A DNA stretch of 63,616 nucleotides, the filler included, from Octopus bimaculoides (taxonomy: Eukaryota), in NCBI RefSeq assembly GCF_001194135.2. It is 7 parts of 6 records of this genome, joined end to end, with 100 filler letters (N's around TTAATTAATTAA, not from the genome) between each part and the next. Parts side by side here need not be neighbours in the genome. Positions count along the whole stretch, not along the records: positions 58,827 to 61,172 come from NC_069003.1; positions 61,273 to 63,616 come from NC_068987.1; 5 more parts are not named here. The stretch is one strand, 5' to 3'. This document shows, in pieces, positions 59,829 through 63,616 of this stretch. The notes under the pieces are model-generated. The model saw only the letters and a list, made by a program, of their open reading frames with translations. It did no database searches and was not told the origin of the DNA. Numbering within the stretch: the first letter of the stretch is position 1; each line of letters opens with the position of its first letter. The position numbers were made by a program, and so were the translations under genes.

Positions 59829-61025
59829 AGACCTTGTCTGCTAGAAATGGCAGTAGCTCGCTTCAGTTCGCAGTATATAGAAATTCAAGCGACATTCGGT
59901 CGCTGATCTTGCAACAAGCAAAGAAGCTACTTATAAACTTTCTCTAAGAGATGAACGCTGTAACTGTACTGGCAAATAGTGTTTGTCGCCACTTCAATAT
60001 GGCTGTTCTGTATGGATGTATTTGAAATAAGCGGCATCAGTAGTTTCATAATAATGAACATCTCCACCAAGACTAAATCACATAAGTATTCTCAATTGGT
60101 CTGGTTAATTGTTCAAAGATAAAAAAAAAGAGAGAAAATACAAAATATATAAAAATCCCTCTTAAATATGGTCCCATTAAAGAGAATTTTTGAAGGGCTC
60201 TGGTGCAGTCTTTTAGCGGGAAGGGCGCTTTTTGCTTATTTCTCATTTAAAAAAAAGTGAGAAAGAGAGATAATGAAAATCATCTGCAATTGGATGGCAA
60301 TGTGTAAGAACAGATGATTTTAACTTTTGTGCTTCTTGACAATTGCTCGATTGTTGCTTTTTCCTGTTCGTCGTTTTGTTGATGTCAATTTCCTCCCACC
60401 ACCTATCTTCATTCCATCATTATTTGCCTTCTACACACAACCCCTAAGATTTCATTGAAGCAAACATCAAATAAATAATTAAACCGCTAAATATAAAAAT
60501 AAATATTAAAAATAGCTACGAAAATGAATAAAAAACAATGTAAAGCCTGAAACAACAACAGCAGTACAGAAGAAATATGTGAAAGAGAAAAAACAAAATG
60601 GTCGTTTTTAACATTCTTGAAGCATTACGAACGCTTTGTATTGCATTTTTCCTCACAAAGAGGCTTTTGTCGTCCTTTCTCAGTATGATATGTCCTTAAA
60701 GGCCCACACTCAATAGAGATGTATACGACTGCTGCACATATATACCTCACGTATACATGCAGCTGTATCTATAATACTGTTTGTACGCATAAGAGTGTAT
60801 TATATACATACATACATGTACGTACTCATGTATTTACGAGTATGTATGCCTCTTTCTATTAATTCATTTATACATTCATACATGCATGTGTGTTTGTTTG
60901 TAAAGAAAAGGGTGGTACAAAAGGATATCAAAGAAATTTACGGGGGGGAAAAAACAACCACACGAACGAACGCAAACACTCTTAACCCTTATCAGTTGTT
61001 GGCTAAATGTCATCACAATTTCGAC

Positions 61026-61085
<60 letters not shown>

Positions 61086-61138
61086 GTCTGTCTGTCTGTC
61101 TGTCTCTATTTATCTTTCTATATATTTATCTTTCTCTC

Positions 61139-61169
<31 letters not shown>

Positions 61170-61172
61170 TTC

Positions 61173-61272
61173 NNNNNNNNNNNNNNNNNNNNNNNNNNNN
61201 NNNNNNNNNNNNNNNNTTAATTAATTAANNNNNNNNNNNNNNNNNNNNNNNNNNNNNNNNNNNNNNNNNNNN
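61173..61272. other. Artificial 100-bp scaffold spacer
   Basis: 44N + TTAATTAATTAA (61217-61228) + 44N. Confidence 0.97.
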
Positions 61273-63166
61273 ATATATATATATATATATATATATACGC
61301 CTATATATATGTAATTGATTTGTTTAAATATTTGTCTATCTATCTATTTATGTATCTATCTAATCTATCTATCTATCTATCTTTAGTTTGCCAGCTCGAC
61401 CTTCACATTCTATACCTATCTCTTAATCAATCTCAGAAAACATAATCAAGAAAGAAAATCACTAGATCTAATTCCGTACCGTGTAAGGTTGAGATTTGCT
61501 AAAGAATTAACCAAACTGAGAAATTATTGAGAAAGTAAAAGGAAGTTGAATAGTGCTTAATTGTAATAGTTTATATAAATATTCTTGATTTTTATAGGAA
61601 TCTTTTGTATTACATAGAAATCAATAGACTGAATTTGTTTAGTGAGGAAGAATTTTCCTGATCCTATCAAATCCCGCTTTTGTTCCTTATTTAGACGTTA
61701 ATAGACTTCTGTTCAGAATAATTCTTGTTTAACCAAATGAATGAGAACTGTCCAAGCAATTTTTTGGTTGATGTATTCACAAATACTCTTGAGAAGATGT
61801 GTCCACAAACATCTTTTCGATAGTGCCCCAGCGTGGTCGCATCCAAAAGAAGGCACAAGTAGAAGATTAAAGGAGTAAAAGTCTTAAAGTAATGTTATTC
61901 TCATCAACAACGCGACGATGTTTAAAGGGAAGGTGCCTATACTTTCGCGCAACTGTGTAGCTAATAAACCTTCAAATCACACCTTAACGGCTCTATAAAA
62001 CACACACTCTCTCTCGCGCGCACAGAGGTTAATGTGGACCTTGGTAGGCTGTGCTTGAGTAAAAGGGGCGAGTTGATTACGATTTGAACGCAAATTTTTG
62101 GCATTTTATACTACGTAAAGGATGTATTGGTGTCGTGAGGACATGACAGTTCTGTGTCAGGATCCTGCTGTGGTTGCTAGCAGCACAACGAATTTACAAA
62201 TGGAAGCAAGATAACAGATAAAGGGAGTAGTTACGCCCTATCTGTCGTAGAGTCTAGCAACTTACTCGACTCGAGCAGGGCTGACCTAGAGGTACAGAAA
62301 GAGCAGTAACAAAAACAATGACAATGACGTCGACAACGGCATCCAAAACGGCAAAAACTAAACGACAGTTGCACTATTCTGGGAAGTGATTCATTTTACT
62401 TTACTCTCTCTCCATCTCTCTCTCAGTGGCTCACACACACACACATATGCAAATAATACTCTTCGACTAGTTTCAGCCACCGGGGTGTGGGATGTGGTCA
62501 GACTGGTTCACCGTTATCTTGATATGGAATCAAAAACAATATTGTTAGATCTAGATCGTTTTCATTGTCTTACCAATATGTCGAAACTGACGCGTTCTTA
62601 CGTATCTTGTTTCTCAGGTCTGTCATCCATGAAGAAACTATTTCAGATATAAATATCAGCCCCACCACCACCACCACCACACCATAGTCACCTTTACAAT
62701 TAGCGTCATTGCAGCAGCAGCAGTACCACCACCACCATCAACACCCCACCATCATCATGATCATGATCATCATTATCATCTACAACACCAACCAGTATTT
62801 CTTATCTGATGCGATTACATGGTCCCCATAGAGACAGTAAACAACATGAACGCCACTTCAGCTCTGAAGTACCCAGATGCCAAGACTCTGTGTCGTGCAT
62901 CTTTTGCTGTGACATTTACTACAGCCATTTTCAAATAACAGCAAGAAACGCAACAGTAGCAACAACAATATCAATAGAAACGGAATACATGCCTATATAT
63001 ATATATATAGGACACGAGCACACACACATATACATACGTGAATGCAGACACATTGACATATATATTGCACGTGTATATTATGGATATATGTGCATGTATA
63101 GATGCAGGTTTGTGACATAGAGAATGAATTGCATGAACCTATGCAAAACTAACACATATATATATG

Positions 63167-63470
63167 ACTAGCAGAGGCACCCGGCGTTGCTCAGGAATGA
63201 AATTGTTGCTTATATACTTGAAGAAAAAAAGGCAAAATATGCTGTATAGAAATTTGAGAGGACATTCTGTAGATGGACTCTCAGATGAATGATGACTGGG
63301 TGCCTCTCATGAATGGGGAAAGTTGGTACTTGGAAACTTTTACGAAAATTAAAATGGGGATTAAATGAAAAAAATGATTTACGTGAATATCCTCACAAGA
63401 GTAATTGAAATAAATGGCGATTGTGGAACCCCCCACGCACGCACGCACGCACGCGCGCATACACACACGT
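63167..63470 (+). mobile_element. Possible non-autonomous Helitron/Helentron-like element (start only supported)
   Basis: Begins actagcagaggcacccggcgttgctcagg, resembling ACTAG...CCCGGCGTTGC starts of such elements, and has an internal (GCAC)n. The far end was not identified. Confidence 0.4.
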
Positions 63471-63616
63471 GTCTTTGTAAATATGTTTGTATACATTTAT
63501 ATATGTGTGTGTTTGTAAGAGACAGAGTGTGAGTGAGAGAGAGAGGTTTGTTGTCATGTATACGTACATGCATAAATATACATACATCTTTGGATGTATG
63601 CATATGACAACACAGC

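Noticed and set aside
60276-60321. 11-bp stem hairpin as a possible pre-miRNA
   Set aside because: The stem is too short and AT-rich, with a large unpaired loop.
62465-62515. ccac/gtgg hairpin followed by GAAACTAGTC on the minus strand
   Set aside because: The 3' half looks hammerhead-like, but there is no CUGANGA in register.
1646-63603. Dozens of long ORFs rich in X, YI, CV, HT, SL, RE, or poly-D/N/S/I
   Set aside because: They are translations of N gaps and di/tri/tetranucleotide repeats, with no domain content.

Overview
This is AT-rich, microsatellite-dense eukaryotic DNA. The SINE families and repeat style point to an octopod cephalopod, most likely Octopus (inference from recognised repeat motifs; no search was run). 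The window is not one natural contig. Six identical 100-bp artificial spacers (44 N + TTAATTAATTAA + 44 N) join seven pieces, and many other N gaps break at microsatellites. No complete protein-coding gene is visible. The best host-gene candidate is a GC-rich first-exon-like segment (36226->36110, minus strand) that opens a Myb/SANT-like domain and is cut by a spacer. Nearly all long ORFs in the track are N-gap or microsatellite artefacts. The recognisable content is transposon-derived: three tRNA-type SINE families, decayed LINE pieces (RTE, CR1-like, Tx1/L1-like, R4/Dong), four Penelope-like (Naiad-type GIY-YIG) fragments, mariner derivatives, hAT and Merlin-like MITEs, and several fold-back elements. 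The most interesting signals are: (i) three hand-foldable minimal type I hammerhead ribozyme motifs, plus a two-copy family with a non-canonical CUGUCGA core; (ii) a 626-bp Merlin-like MITE carrying (CCCTAA)n, inserted into a SINE with a perfect 8-bp TSD; (iii) a mariner built from two inward-facing 5' ends; (iv) a cluster of R4/Dong pieces bounded by (TAA)n-type tracts; (v) two Penelope-like copies with the same twin-priming-like inversion geometry; and (vi) SINEs landing exactly at the head of earlier SINEs.
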